A DNA stretch of 64,000 nt from Hyphomicrobiales bacterium (GCA_003963455.1 RXJA01000188.1:17854-81853); one strand, 5' to 3'; counted from the stretch's first letter, positions 9,207 to 20,087 are shown. The notes: generated from the sequence alone by a model not told the origin. A program made the numbers and translations.

Positions 9207-11237
9207 TCAAATTTCCGCGGTCGAAGAACCGCCAACATAGGTGTCCAGCCACCAGACGATGCGGGCGGCCGTGTCGATATATTCCGGATAGCCGCGCAGG
9301 CTGTGCCCGGCGTTAGGATAGATTGCGAGCGCGCTCGGCGAGCCCGATCGCAGGGCCGAGAAATGACATTCCAGCGCCTGGCCGGGCGGCGTGCTCTTGT
9401 CGATGCCGCCGGCCATGACCAGAGTCGGCACCTTGCTGCGCTGACGGTGGAAGGCGGGGCTGCGTGTGAAGTAGGCGCCGCCCTCTTCCCACGGCGAGGA
9501 CTCGAGCATCAGCGCGTCGAATTCCGGAATTTGAGTCGTGCGGTGCTGGCTGTACCAGTCGCCGACAGGCGAGATCGGAATGGCGGCGGCGAAGCGGCCG
9601 CTGCGCGTTGGCAGCCAGGCGGACATGAAGCCGCCATAGCTGGTGCCGGTCACCGCGACGCGTCCCGTATCGACCAGGCCTCTTTCCACCAGGACGTCGA
9701 TGCCGCTCAATATGTCGTCGGCATCGGCGCCGCCCATATCGCCCTGCACGGCGCGCGCGAACGCGTCGCCGTATCCCGTGCTGCCCCTCGGATTGGGGAA
9801 GAAGATCGTCCAGCCGCGCGAGACGAGCAGCGGTGCGGCGCGCGTCCGCGCCATCCAGCGGTTGCGGTGGGACGAGATCGGTCCGCCATGGATATCGACC
9901 AGCAGCGGCGTCGGCCCGTCCGCCGCCGGCGGGCGCACGATCCATCCCAGGATCTCGAGCCCGTCTGGCGCTTTCCAGGAAAACCGCTCGGCTTTGCCAC
10001 GGGCAGCCATCATCGATTGGGCATCGGAGGCGGCGAGCGACACGCCCTCGCGCAGCTCGCCATCGGCGACCTCGGCGAGGAACGGAGCCCGATCATAGGC
10101 CTCGGCGACGAAGAGCGAACCCGCGGCGCCGACCGGCACGGCGGAAGGCGCCCATTCGCCGCAGGTCAGTTCGGTGGACGACCAGAGCTCGGTCAGCGAT
10201 GCGCCGGAAATGTCATGGTCCGCCACGACGGTCTCGTGGCCGCGGATGCCCGCCAGGTGGAGGCTGGCGTCGGAGCGCCATTCGATCGAGGTGACATCGA
10301 TCGAATTGGTCGGGACGGTCGCGACTTCGCCGCGGCCCACGTCGAAGATCGACAGTTGTCCGGCCACAAGGCCACGGTCGCTGCAGAACGCCTGGATGAA
10401 TGCGATGCGAGTACCGTCGGGCGAGCCGCGAGGAACGCCGATCTGGTCGCGCGGCGCATGGAGCAGCGCGGCTTTTCCCGATTTGGCGTCGATCAGCGAA
10501 AGCTTCGACGCATACCAGCTGCCCTCGCCATGGTCCTCGCTGGTCACGGCGGCGATCCTGTCGATGCCGCACCAGCTCGCCTCCCAGACATTCACCGGGG
10601 CCGATGTGAGCGCCACGGGTTCGTTCGCCAAATCCCACAGCCAGATCCGGCGCCACAGATCCTCGCCCTCGCCCCAGCTGACTTCCGGCAGCCAGGCGGG
10701 CGCATCCGTCTTCCGTTTCTGGGCGTAGCCGCCGTGAATTCCGGCAAGATCGGCGCCGGTGCCGGCAACGACCAGGAGCAGCCTTTGTCCATCAGGCGAC
10801 CAGTCTATCTGCTCGATCCGGCCAGACACATCGGCCACTGCGGAGCATTGGCCGCCGGATAGGAGCTCGATGCGGTCGACGCCCGCCTCGGCGCCTGCGC
10901 ATGCGACCGCCAGGGTTCGCCCGTCCGGCGCGAGGCGGATCTGCCTCGTCTCGGCATCGTTCAGCCGCTCCGGCGCCGCATCGCCTCGCGCTAGCTGATA
11001 GAGGCGGCTGACCGGCGCGGCCTCAAGACGATCCTCGAAGCTCTGGCCGATGAAGAAGACCGCATCGGTCGATGCGTGGCCGCATGCGGAGCGCGCCGCG
11101 AACGCGTGGCCGCGCAGACCGAAGAGAGCGGAATAAAAACCTTCGGCCTCGGCGAATTCCGGCGAGGAACGGAAATCTCCACCCATCCACCCGGCACCCG
11201 AAGCGATCTGAGAACCGGAACTCCGCAGCCTGTCCAT
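9207..11237 (-). CDS. S9 family serine peptidase (acylaminoacyl-peptidase / DAP2-like)
   Basis: N-terminal WSPDG/SPDG propeller repeats, IHGGP, NPRGSTGYG, GTSYGG nucleophile, C-terminal GH; start uncertain (11237, 11288 or 11330). Confidence 0.85.
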   Translation of the reverse strand: MDRLRSSGSQIASGAGWMGGDFRSSPEFAEAEGFYSALFGLRGHAFAARSACGHASTDAVFFIGQSFEDRLEAAPVSRLYQLARGDAAPERLNDAETRQIRLAPDGRTLAVACAGAEAGVDRIELLSGGQCSAVADVSGRIEQIDWSPDGQRLLLVVAGTGADLAGIHGGYAQKRKTDAPAWLPEVSWGEGEDLWRRIWLWDLANEPVALTSAPVNVWEASWCGIDRIAAVTSEDHGEGSWYASKLSLIDAKSGKAALLHAPRDQIGVPRGSPDGTRIAFIQAFCSDRGLVAGQLSIFDVGRGEVATVPTNSIDVTSIEWRSDASLHLAGIRGHETVVADHDISGASLTELWSSTELTCGEWAPSAVPVGAAGSLFVAEAYDRAPFLAEVADGELREGVSLAASDAQSMMAARGKAERFSWKAPDGLEILGWIVRPPAADGPTPLLVDIHGGPISSHRNRWMARTRAAPLLVSRGWTIFFPNPRGSTGYGDAFARAVQGDMGGADADDILSGIDVLVERGLVDTGRVAVTGTSYGGFMSAWLPTRSGRFAAAIPISPVGDWYSQHRTTQIPEFDALMLESSPWEEGGAYFTRSPAFHRQRSKVPTLVMAGGIDKSTPPGQALECHFSALRSGSPSALAIYPNAGHSLRGYPEYIDTAARIVWWLDTYVGGSSTAEI

Positions 11238-11323
11238 ATCGATTTCCCAGCGGCGTGCCCTGCCGGACGCGGTCGACGCGTCAGGCATCACGGGCCCACC
11301 ATAACGCCACTGCGCGCTTTGTC

Positions 11324-11339
11324 TAGACACCAGTGTACA
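11324..11339. promoter_or_regulatory. Operator copy 1 (TRGACA-N4-TGTAYA)
   Basis: TAGACA-CCAG-TGTACA between the divergent S9 peptidase and M19 dipeptidase genes; recurs at 12517 and 25891. Confidence 0.65.
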
Positions 11340-11442
11340 TTAGATTGGGCCAGTGGCCCTGACCGCAGGATCGGCTGTTGACCGGCCGCGATCGGAGTGC
11401 GCAGATCGCGAAGGTGGCAAAACAAAATTCGGAAACAACGTC

Positions 11443-12435
11443 ATGAGTCTCGGTGACCGGGCCCAGTCGATCCTGATGAGCGAAGTCATCTGGGATGCGC
11501 ACTCCGGGTTCATGCCGGACCCGGCCGCGGACCTGAACAACCTGCGGATCTGGCGCGACGCAGGCGTCGACTATCTTTCCATCGATGTCGGCTTCGATCT
11601 CCTGCCCTGGGAAAAGACAGTCGCCACGCTTGCCTATTTCCGGCACTGGATCCTGGCGCGCCAGGCCGACTACGCGCTCGTCTCGTCGGCGGATGAGATT
11701 CTCGCCGCGAAGGCTCAAGGCAAGCTGGCGGTCACCTTCGACATCGAAGGCATGAACGCGCTGAACGGCCGGATCGAGATGGTCGAGTTCTACCATCGCC
11801 TCGGCGTGCGGCAGATGCTGTTCGCCTACAACCGCAACAACCTCGCCGGCGGCGGATGCCATGACGACGACACCGGCCTGACCGCGTTCGGCCGGCAGGT
11901 GATCGACGAGATGAATCGCCTCGGCATGTTCGTGGACGTGAGCCATACGGGCTACCGCACCACGATGGAGGTGATGGAGTATACGGACCGCCCGGTCATC
12001 TTCTCGCACTCCAATCCTAAAGCGCTCTGCGCTCATGGACGCAACATCACGGACGAGCAGATCAAGGCCTGCGCCCGCACCGGCGGCATCGTCGGCGTCG
12101 TCGGCCTCAACCGCTTCCTCGGCGAAGGCCGCACCGATTCCGAGCGGTTGGCCGACCACGTCGAATATCTGATCGACCTTGCCGGCCCGCGCCATGTCGG
12201 CATCGGGCTCGACTACGCATTCCCTGTCGAGATCGAAGGCATCGAGGACATCATCTCCAGCAATCCGCATTTCTGGCCGAAGAACGAGTATCCCGAAGGC
12301 AAGACGACCTATTCGAGCCCAGGCCAGACGAAAGAGCTTATCGAGGTCCTGCTGCGCCGCGGCCAGCCGGAACGCACTGTTCGCGACGTCATGGGCGGCA
12401 ACTTCATGCGGCTGGCGCGAGAGATCTGGAAGTAG
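11443..12435 (+). CDS. Membrane/renal dipeptidase family (M19) metallopeptidase
   Basis: WDAHS, DIEG, EMNRLGMFVDVSH, SHSN, RNITD, GLDY motifs; start MSLGD (11443). Confidence 0.9.
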   Translation: MSLGDRAQSILMSEVIWDAHSGFMPDPAADLNNLRIWRDAGVDYLSIDVGFDLLPWEKTVATLAYFRHWILARQADYALVSSADEILAAKAQGKLAVTFDIEGMNALNGRIEMVEFYHRLGVRQMLFAYNRNNLAGGGCHDDDTGLTAFGRQVIDEMNRLGMFVDVSHTGYRTTMEVMEYTDRPVIFSHSNPKALCAHGRNITDEQIKACARTGGIVGVVGLNRFLGEGRTDSERLADHVEYLIDLAGPRHVGIGLDYAFPVEIEGIEDIISSNPHFWPKNEYPEGKTTYSSPGQTKELIEVLLRRGQPERTVRDVMGGNFMRLAREIWK

Positions 12436-12516
12436 CGGCCGGAATGGCCGTCGCGCCGATCGGCGAGTTCAGGAAACACGCATCCGGTTTCTCGATATAT
12501 GATGTATTTTTTTCAC

Positions 12517-12532
12517 TAGACATATGTGTATA
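12517..12532. promoter_or_regulatory. Operator copy 2 (TRGACA-N4-TGTAYA)
   Basis: TAGACA-TATG-TGTATA about 80 bp upstream of the binding-protein gene. Confidence 0.6.
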
Positions 12533-12614
12533 GCCGGGGCAGGCTAAACGAAATGGAGCCCTGAGAGGTCTCCTGCAAGCCGCGCGGCGCACATATAACC
12601 AAGAGGGGCAGAGC

Positions 12615-14174
12615 ATGATCAAAACCGCAAACATCAACATGACACGCCGCGGCGTGCTGGCCGGCGCCGGCGCGCTCGGCCTCGCCTCGCTGATCTATTC
12701 CACGAAACGCTCGCAGGCTGCGGGGTCCATCCTCAAGGTGCGATCCTATAGCGACATCCAGACGCTCGACCCGGCCTTTCGCCTCGCCGCTCCCGAAGGC
12801 GATATCACCAGCGTGATCTTCGCCGGCCTGGTCGTCACCACGCCCGGCGACAGCTGGGGCTGGAAGCCCATGGCCGTGGAAAAGATCGAGCAGCTCGATC
12901 CGCTGACCATCGCCTTCAAGCTGCGTGACAATATCGGCTTCACCGACGGCTTCGGTCAGATGACGGCGGAAGACGTGAAGTTCTCGATCGAGCGCATCGC
13001 CGATCCCGCCAACAAGTCTCCCTATGCCGGCGACTGGGCAACGCTGAAGGAGGTTGAGGTCAAGGACAAGCTCTCGGGCATCATCCATCTCAAGGAAGCC
13101 TTCGCGCCGCTCTGGACCTCGACATTGCCAACGCCGTCGAGCACGATCCTGTCCAAGCGCGCGGTAACGGAGGCCGGCGGGAAGCTTGGTGTGAAGCCCG
13201 TCGCGCAGTCGGGCCCCTATTTGCTCAAGGAATGGTCGCCAAAGCAGCGCACCGTGCTCGTCCGCAACCCGGACTGGAAGTATGAGCAGGGCGGCTACGA
13301 CGAAATCCACGTCCATCCGATCGAGGACGAGAAGACGGCCGAGCTCGGCTATGAGGCGGGCGATCTCGACTACACCTGGACCGCGGTATCCTCAATCAAG
13401 CGGCTGAAGGAAACGCCCCCGGCGGACACTGTGGTGGTCGAGAAGCCCTCGCTGGCCTTCGTCTGGCTCGGCATGAACCAGACAGCGGCACCCTTCGACA
13501 ATCCCGATGTGCGCCGCGCCGTCCAATATGGCGTCGACCGCAAGGCCGTCGTGGATGCGGCCTATTTCGGCGCCGCCGCCACCTCGACCGGCATCATCGC
13601 GCCAGGCCTGGTCGGCCACCGCGAGAAGAACCTCTTCGAATACGATCCCGACAAGGCGCGTGAGCTGGTCAACAAGGCCGGGGCCAGCGGCGCGACCATC
13701 ACGCTCGACATCCTCAACAAGGCGGAGCGACTGTCGGCAGCGCAGGTCTTACAGGCAAACCTGCAGGACATCGGCATCAACGTCGAGATCAAGCAGAACG
13801 ACAGCGGCACGTTCTGGACGCTCGGCTCCAAGGAAAACCCCTACTACAAGAAGCTCCAGATGGTGCTGTCGCGCTTCTCGATGCAGCCGGATCCGAGCTG
13901 GGCGACGGAGTGGTTTACCCGCAGCCAGATCGGCGTCTGGAACTGGGAGCAGTTCAGCAGCGAGGAGTTCGACAAGCTGGTCACCGACGGCAAGGTCGAG
14001 CTCGATCCGGCCAAGCGCGATGTCATGTACAAGAAGATGCAGGACCTGATGGAGGAAAGCGGCTGCTACGTCTTCCTTACCCACGAGGTCACCGGCGTGA
14101 TGTACCGCAAGAGTGTTGCCGCCGCGCTGAAGCCCAACGGCGAGCCCTGCTTCGCGGACTTCAAGCCAGCCTGA
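12615..14174 (+). CDS. Peptide/nickel-type (family 5) ABC substrate-binding protein with Tat signal
   Basis: TRRGVL twin-arginine signal, TLDP, MTAEDVKFS, PFDNPDVRRA; GAGG RBS. Confidence 0.92.
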   Translation: MIKTANINMTRRGVLAGAGALGLASLIYSTKRSQAAGSILKVRSYSDIQTLDPAFRLAAPEGDITSVIFAGLVVTTPGDSWGWKPMAVEKIEQLDPLTIAFKLRDNIGFTDGFGQMTAEDVKFSIERIADPANKSPYAGDWATLKEVEVKDKLSGIIHLKEAFAPLWTSTLPTPSSTILSKRAVTEAGGKLGVKPVAQSGPYLLKEWSPKQRTVLVRNPDWKYEQGGYDEIHVHPIEDEKTAELGYEAGDLDYTWTAVSSIKRLKETPPADTVVVEKPSLAFVWLGMNQTAAPFDNPDVRRAVQYGVDRKAVVDAAYFGAAATSTGIIAPGLVGHREKNLFEYDPDKARELVNKAGASGATITLDILNKAERLSAAQVLQANLQDIGINVEIKQNDSGTFWTLGSKENPYYKKLQMVLSRFSMQPDPSWATEWFTRSQIGVWNWEQFSSEEFDKLVTDGKVELDPAKRDVMYKKMQDLMEESGCYVFLTHEVTGVMYRKSVAAALKPNGEPCFADFKPA

Positions 14175-14224
14175 CGTGATGAAAGACCTCGGCACGGCGC
14201 GGAGCGGATCGGCCGGATCCTGAT

Positions 14225-15172
14225 ATGCTCCGCTACGCACTGAAACGGCTCGGACTGGGTATCGTCATCGTGAGTGTCGCGATGGCGATACTGTTCGCCA
14301 TGATCTATGTGATCCCGGGCGATCCCGCATCGGTGGCGCTCGGCCCGCGAGCCACGCCCGAGATGGTCCAGGCATTGCGCAGTCGCATGGGCCTGGACCA
14401 GCCGATCTGGGCGCAGTTCGCGCGGTTCTATTTCTCCGCGCTGCGCGGCGATCTGGGCACCGAGATCCTCTCGGGACGGCCGGTGTTCGACGTCGTCTTC
14501 GAGCAATTGCCCTTCACCCTGGCGCTGGTCGCGGGAGCGATTTCGTGGTCGGTGCTGCTCGGCATTCCCCTGGGCTGCATCGCCGCGGTCCGGCGGGGCG
14601 GTTTCGTCGACCGCGTCATCGGTGTTCTTTCGGTCGCGGTCATCGCGGTGCCGTCCTTCGTCATCGCGATCTACTCGCTTCTGATCTTCGCGGTCGCCCT
14701 GCAGTGGCTGCCGGCCATCGGCGCCGGCGAGCCAGGCAATCTCGGCAGCCAGTTGAAGCATCTTATCCTGCCCTCGCTCGCGGTCGGCATCGGCTGGGTC
14801 GGCTACATCGCGCGCATGGTGCGGGCCTCCATGCTCGAGACGCTGGAAGCGCCTCACATCCGTACCGCCCGGGCCTTCGGCCTGACCGACAGGCGCATCA
14901 CCTATTCCTATGCCTTGCGTATCGCCATCCTGCCGACCGTCACACTGCTGGGCGTCGGCATCGGCAACATGGTGTCGTCGGCCGTCTTCGCCGAGATCGT
15001 CTTTGCCCGCCCAGGCATCGGCAAACTGGTCTACGAGGCGATCTCGGTTCGCAATTATCCGGTCGTCACCGGCGCCGTGCTGGTGACCACCGTTTTCTTC
15101 GTCGCGGTAAACGCTCTCGCCGACATCCTCATTGGTGCGTTGGACCCCCGTGTCAGAACAAGTCTTGATTGA
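14225..15172 (+). CDS. Dpp/Opp-type ABC permease (DppB-like)
   Basis: PGDPA, GLDQP, GDLG, RTARAFGL EAA loop, RPGIG. Confidence 0.92.
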   Translation: MLRYALKRLGLGIVIVSVAMAILFAMIYVIPGDPASVALGPRATPEMVQALRSRMGLDQPIWAQFARFYFSALRGDLGTEILSGRPVFDVVFEQLPFTLALVAGAISWSVLLGIPLGCIAAVRRGGFVDRVIGVLSVAVIAVPSFVIAIYSLLIFAVALQWLPAIGAGEPGNLGSQLKHLILPSLAVGIGWVGYIARMVRASMLETLEAPHIRTARAFGLTDRRITYSYALRIAILPTVTLLGVGIGNMVSSAVFAEIVFARPGIGKLVYEAISVRNYPVVTGAVLVTTVFFVAVNALADILIGALDPRVRTSLD

Positions 15173-16037
15173 CCGGCCATCGCGGCAGCGCGTCGCCAGG
15201 ATCGGCCGCGTGCTTCGGCGCATCGTTCGCGAGCCGCTCGGCGCGTTCGGCCTCACCCTGGTCGTGATCGTCGTTCTCTCGGCTCTCTTTGCCGACGTGC
15301 TTACCAGCTATCCACCGACGAAACTCGCCCCCGCCGAGCGCTTCGCGCCCGCGAGCCTGCATCACCTGCTCGGCACGGACCATCTCGGACGCGACCTGTT
15401 CTCGCGCGTGCTCCATGGCGGCCGCATCGCGCTGGCCATTGCGCTCGGGGCAACCGGACTGTCGCTCATCGGCGGCATCATGCTCGGCCTGATCGCCGGC
15501 TACGGGCCGCGCTGGCTCGACAATCTGATGCTGCTGCTCTTCGACGCCATCAAGAGCTTTCCGACGGTGATGCTGGCGCTGACGCTGGTGACGCTGACGG
15601 GACCTTCGCTGCTTTCGGTGCTGATCGTGGTCGTTCTGGTCAATGTGCCCGGCTATGCCCGTATCATCCGCACACAGACGCTCGTCCTGAAGTCCGCAGA
15701 GCATGTGATGGCGGCGCGCTCGATGGGCGCGGGCACCGCGCGCATTCTCACCGTCCACATATTGCCCAACGTCATCGGCCCGATCCTCATCCTGGCGTCG
15801 ATGGATATCCCTGTCGTCGTGGCGATCGAGGCCGGGTTGAGCTTTCTCGGCCTCGGCGTGAGACCCCCTCTTCCAAGCTGGGGCGCGATCCTCAACGACG
15901 GCTTTGTCAACATCCGCGATTCCTACTGGATCGTCATCGCGGGAGGCCTGCCGATCATCCTCACCACGCTCGGCTTCACCTTTCTCGGCGAGACCCTGCG
16001 CGACGTCTTCGATCCCAGGCTGAAGAGGCGCGCATGA
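15150..16037 (+). CDS. Dpp/Opp-type ABC permease (DppC-like)
   Basis: HLLGTDHLGRDLFSR, AARSMGA, EAGLSFLGLG, PSWG; start uncertain (15132-15165). Confidence 0.9.
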   Translation: MSEQVLIDRPSRQRVARIGRVLRRIVREPLGAFGLTLVVIVVLSALFADVLTSYPPTKLAPAERFAPASLHHLLGTDHLGRDLFSRVLHGGRIALAIALGATGLSLIGGIMLGLIAGYGPRWLDNLMLLLFDAIKSFPTVMLALTLVTLTGPSLLSVLIVVVLVNVPGYARIIRTQTLVLKSAEHVMAARSMGAGTARILTVHILPNVIGPILILASMDIPVVVAIEAGLSFLGLGVRPPLPSWGAILNDGFVNIRDSYWIVIAGGLPIILTTLGFTFLGETLRDVFDPRLKRRA

Positions 16038-17014
16038 CTGTCCTCGACGTCAAGGACCTGAGCGTCGATTTCGCGACGGACGCGGGCACCCTGCAAGCGC
16101 TGCGCAAGGTGAACCTCGATGTGCCGGCGAACAGGATCGTGGGCGTCGTCGGCGAGTCCGGCTGCGGAAAATCGACATTGATCAACGCCATTCTCGGCCT
16201 GCTCGCCGACAATGGCACGGTCACGTCGGGCCAGATCCTTTTCGACGACAAGAGCGATCTCGTCCGTCTCGACAGCGCCGGCATGCGGGCGCTGCGCGGA
16301 CAGAAGATCGCGACCGTGTTCCAGGATCCGATGGGCGCGCTCAACCCCGTGCTTTCCGTCGGCCGGCAGATGCGCGACATCCAGTACCGGTCGGGCCTGT
16401 CGCGCAAGGAAAAGGACGCGCGCTCGATCGATATGCTGCGCAAGGTCCGCATCCCCGACCCCGAGCGCCGGCTGGCGCAGTTTCCGCACGAATTCTCAGG
16501 CGGCATGAAGCAGCGTATCGCGATCGCGATGGCCTTGCTGATGCGGCCCTCGCTGCTGATCGCCGACGAGCCGACGACGGCGCTCGACGCGACGCTCGAG
16601 GTGGCCATCATCGAACTGCTGAAGGACCTGCAGAAGCAGATCGGCTGCTCGGTACTGTTCATCTCGCATCATCTCGGCGTCATCGCCGAGCTCTGTGACG
16701 AGATGATCGTCATGTATGCCGGCGAGGTCGTCGAGCGCGGCTCGACCCGCGATATCTTCCACAACCCGCGCCACCCCTACACGAAAAAGCTGCTCGCCTG
16801 CGATCCGGCCAGACTCTCGCATCGCGAACCGCGGCTGCCCACTATTCCCGGCACGCTGCCCGACCTGCGCAACCGTCCCACGGGCTGCGTCTTCCAGGCG
16901 CGCTGCGAATTCGCCGACGCGGTCTGCTCCAGCATGCCGCCGGACGCCCCGATCGGCGGCGCGCATGTCGCGCGATGCTGGCACACCGATCAGACCACCG
17001 GAGCGGCCGCATGA
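16034..17014 (+). CDS. Dpp/Opp-type ABC ATPase (DppD-like)
   Basis: GESGCGKS, FSGGMKQR, IADEPTT, HPYT, C-terminal Cys cluster; ATGA overlap. Confidence 0.93.
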   Translation: MTVLDVKDLSVDFATDAGTLQALRKVNLDVPANRIVGVVGESGCGKSTLINAILGLLADNGTVTSGQILFDDKSDLVRLDSAGMRALRGQKIATVFQDPMGALNPVLSVGRQMRDIQYRSGLSRKEKDARSIDMLRKVRIPDPERRLAQFPHEFSGGMKQRIAIAMALLMRPSLLIADEPTTALDATLEVAIIELLKDLQKQIGCSVLFISHHLGVIAELCDEMIVMYAGEVVERGSTRDIFHNPRHPYTKKLLACDPARLSHREPRLPTIPGTLPDLRNRPTGCVFQARCEFADAVCSSMPPDAPIGGAHVARCWHTDQTTGAAA

Positions 17015-18021
17015 CGACTGAGCCGCTGCTCTCGGTTTCCGACCTTCGGGTGCGTTTCCGCATCGGCGGCGCAGTGAGCGCGCTGGCCGGCCGCCGCAAG
17101 GAAATCGAGGCTGTGGCTGGCGTCGGCTTCACTCTGGAGCGCGGCCAGACGCTTGCGCTGGTCGGCGAATCCGGATCGGGCAAGACCACGCTCGCGCGAG
17201 CCGTCGACGGCCTGCAGGCGGTGGCCGGCGGCTCGATCCGCTTCGAGGGCCGGGAACTGCGCGACCTGAACAGGGCCGAGTGGAAGCCGCTGCGGCGCAA
17301 GATGTCGATGATGTTCCAGGATCCGGTCGGCTCGCTGTCGCCGCGGCTCAGCGTCCGCTCGCTGCTGGCGGAACCGTTCGCCATCCACGGTCTGTCCGGC
17401 CGCAGCCTCGACGCCGAGGTGGAGCGCCTGCTTGCCCTGGTCGGGCTGCCGCGCGATTTCGCCGAGCGCTACCCGCACCAGCTTTCCGGCGGACAGGCGC
17501 GCCGGGTCGGCGTCGCACGGGCCGTCGCGCTCGATCCGGTGCTGATCATCGCCGACGAGCCGACCGCCGGGCTTGACGTGTCGATCCAGGGCGAGGTGCT
17601 CAACCTGCTCAACGACCTGCGCGACCGCATGGGCCTGTCGATGCTCATCATCACGCACAACCTGCACGTCGTGCGGCAGATCGCCGATCGGATGGCCGTG
17701 ATGTATCTTGGACGCTTCGTCGAGGAAGGCGACACGGAAGCGATCTTCCAGGCGCCGCATCATCCTTATACGGCCGCGCTGCTTTCCGCGAACCCCGAGC
17801 CAGATCCGGACAAGGTCCACAATCGCATCGCGCTTCCCGCCGAAGTGCCGTCGCTGCTGGACCGCCCATCGGGATGCGAGTTCCATACCCGCTGCCCGTT
17901 CGCGCAAGCCATCTGCCGAACGCAGGCCCCTGCCCCGTCCGCGGTCGGCTCGAGCCGGCTGACCTGTCACTTCCCACTCAATGCCGGCCCAAGCGCCATC
18001 GAGGCAACCGCCGCAAGTTAA
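17011..18021 (+). CDS. Dpp/Opp-type ABC ATPase (DppF-like)
   Basis: GESGSGKT, LSGGQARR, IADEPT, HPYT, CEFHTRC; ATGA overlap at 17011. Confidence 0.93.
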   Translation: MTTEPLLSVSDLRVRFRIGGAVSALAGRRKEIEAVAGVGFTLERGQTLALVGESGSGKTTLARAVDGLQAVAGGSIRFEGRELRDLNRAEWKPLRRKMSMMFQDPVGSLSPRLSVRSLLAEPFAIHGLSGRSLDAEVERLLALVGLPRDFAERYPHQLSGGQARRVGVARAVALDPVLIIADEPTAGLDVSIQGEVLNLLNDLRDRMGLSMLIITHNLHVVRQIADRMAVMYLGRFVEEGDTEAIFQAPHHPYTAALLSANPEPDPDKVHNRIALPAEVPSLLDRPSGCEFHTRCPFAQAICRTQAPAPSAVGSSRLTCHFPLNAGPSAIEATAAS

Positions 18022-18035
18022 AGAAGGTCCGTCCG

Positions 18036-20063
18036 ATGAAAGACATCCGCGTGGTCACCGAATTCCCGCGCAAGGTGCGCGAGATCGAGAACCTTTGGAT
18101 CCCGATGACGGACGGCGTGAAGCTAGCCGCCCGCATCTGGCTGCCGGAGGACGCTGAGGCCGATCCGGTGCCGGCCATCCTCGAATACCTGCCCTATCGC
18201 AAGCGCGACGGGACCGTGGAGCGCGATGCGCTGACCCATCCCTATTTCGCCGGCCACGGCTATGCCGGCGTGCGGGTCGATATGCGCGGCACCGGCGACA
18301 GCGAAGGCGTGTGCAAGGGCGAATATCTGAAGCAGGAACAGGACGACTGCCTCGCCGTCATCGAATGGCTGGCGAAGCAGCCGTGGTGCTCGGGCACGGT
18401 CGGCATGATCGGCATCAGTTGGGGCGGCTTCAACGGGCTCCAGGTTGCCGCCCGCCGTCCGCCGGCGCTGAAGGCCGTCATCTCGCTCTGCTCCACCGAC
18501 GACCGCTACAATGACGACGTCCATTATCTTGGCGGCGCGCAGATGTGTGACAATCTGATGTGGGGCACCACCGCCTGGGCAATCGCCATGACGCCGCCCG
18601 ATCCGCTGATCGTCGGCGACCGCTGGCGCCAGATGTGGGAGGGTCGTCTCAACGGCAACGGCATCTGGATGCAGGACTGGTTCGAGCATCAGCGCCGCGA
18701 CGACTTCTACAAGCACGGCTCGATCTGCGAGGACTATGCCGACGTCGAGATCCCGGTCTACGCGGTCGGCGGCTGGGCGGACGGTTATCCGAACCCGATC
18801 TTCCGCATGCTTGAACACCTGCCGGGTGTGCGCAAGGGACTGATCGGGCCGTGGGGCCACAAATACCCGCACTTCGCCATGCCGGGGCCGCGCATGGGCT
18901 TTCTCAAGGAGTGTCTGCGCTGGTGGGACCAGTATCTCAAGGGCATCGACACTGGCATCGCCGGCGAACCGATGTTGCGCGCCTGGATGCAGGAGCCGGC
19001 GCCGCCGGCGGCGATCTATGACGAACGCCCCGGCCGCTGGATCGCCGAGCCGTCCTGGCCGGGTCCTGGTGTCGGCGAGCGCTCGCTTGCCTTGTCGCCA
19101 GGCCGTCTTGCCGAAGACGCCGACAGCGACGACGTGCTGACGATCCGTTCGCCAATGACGGCGGGGCTCTCGTCGGGCGCGTGGTGCGGCTACGGCGTTC
19201 TGCCGACCTTGCCGATCGATCAGCGCATGGAAGCCGGTAACGCGCTTGTCTTTGAAACCGAGCCGTTGGAGGAAGCCGTGGAGATCCTCGGCTTCCCGGA
19301 GTTCGCGGTAAAGCTCGCCTCAGACAAGCCCGTCGCGCTGATGTCCGCGACCCTGTCGCTCGTGCTCGAAGACGGCGCGGCCTCGCGCGTCAGCTACGGC
19401 ATCCTCAACCTCACGCATCGGCATGACGATCTCGATCTCAAGCCGATGACACCGGGCAAGGCCGAAACGGTGCGCATCAAATTGCGCTGTTGCGGCCAGC
19501 GCTTCGAGAAGGGTCAGCGCATCCGGCTTGCCATTGCGACGGCGCATTGGCCGATCGTCTTCCCGGGGCCGGAGAACGCGACATTGTCGATCCATTGTGC
19601 CGGCAGCAGGCTGATCTTGCCGGTACGCAAGCCGCAGCCGCTCGATGCAACGCTTGCGGCATTCAAGGGACCGGAAAGCGCCACGCCGATGGTGCAGGAA
19701 GTGATCAAGGCGGGCGAACCTTTCCGGCGCGAGGTGAGCACGGACCAGATCACCGGGGAATCCACCTACACCATCGTCAGTGACGCTGGGACGGTGCGCC
19801 ACCCCCACACCGGCATGACCCTGTCGCAGAGACAGACCGAGATCTTCGTCGTCCATCCGGACGATCCGAACTCGGCGCGGGGGACCGTGACATGGGACAA
19901 GACCTATTCGCGCGGCGACTGGAAGGCCGGCGTTTCGGTTTCCGCCACGGTGCGCGCGTTGCGCGATGTCTGGCGCATGGAAACGCATCTCATCGCGCGC
20001 GCCGGTGACGAGGCCGTGGTCGATCGCCAAGAGGTCAAGGAATTTCCACGCGATCTGAATTGA
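18036..20063 (+). CDS. CocE/NonD family serine hydrolase (peptidase S15-like)
   Basis: DGVKLAARIW, YLPYRK, DMRGTGDSEG, GISWGG nucleophile, GPWGH, C-terminal PepX_C-like region. Confidence 0.9.
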   Translation: MKDIRVVTEFPRKVREIENLWIPMTDGVKLAARIWLPEDAEADPVPAILEYLPYRKRDGTVERDALTHPYFAGHGYAGVRVDMRGTGDSEGVCKGEYLKQEQDDCLAVIEWLAKQPWCSGTVGMIGISWGGFNGLQVAARRPPALKAVISLCSTDDRYNDDVHYLGGAQMCDNLMWGTTAWAIAMTPPDPLIVGDRWRQMWEGRLNGNGIWMQDWFEHQRRDDFYKHGSICEDYADVEIPVYAVGGWADGYPNPIFRMLEHLPGVRKGLIGPWGHKYPHFAMPGPRMGFLKECLRWWDQYLKGIDTGIAGEPMLRAWMQEPAPPAAIYDERPGRWIAEPSWPGPGVGERSLALSPGRLAEDADSDDVLTIRSPMTAGLSSGAWCGYGVLPTLPIDQRMEAGNALVFETEPLEEAVEILGFPEFAVKLASDKPVALMSATLSLVLEDGAASRVSYGILNLTHRHDDLDLKPMTPGKAETVRIKLRCCGQRFEKGQRIRLAIATAHWPIVFPGPENATLSIHCAGSRLILPVRKPQPLDATLAAFKGPESATPMVQEVIKAGEPFRREVSTDQITGESTYTIVSDAGTVRHPHTGMTLSQRQTEIFVVHPDDPNSARGTVTWDKTYSRGDWKAGVSVSATVRALRDVWRMETHLIARAGDEAVVDRQEVKEFPRDLN

Positions 20064-20087
20064 AGCGATCGCGGGTGGCGGGCATCT

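Noticed and set aside
8121-10862. 913-aa plus-strand ORF
   Set aside because: Antisense to the DAO and S9 genes, Arg/Ala-rich with no motifs; typical high-GC shadow ORF, as are most other overlapping ORFs in the track
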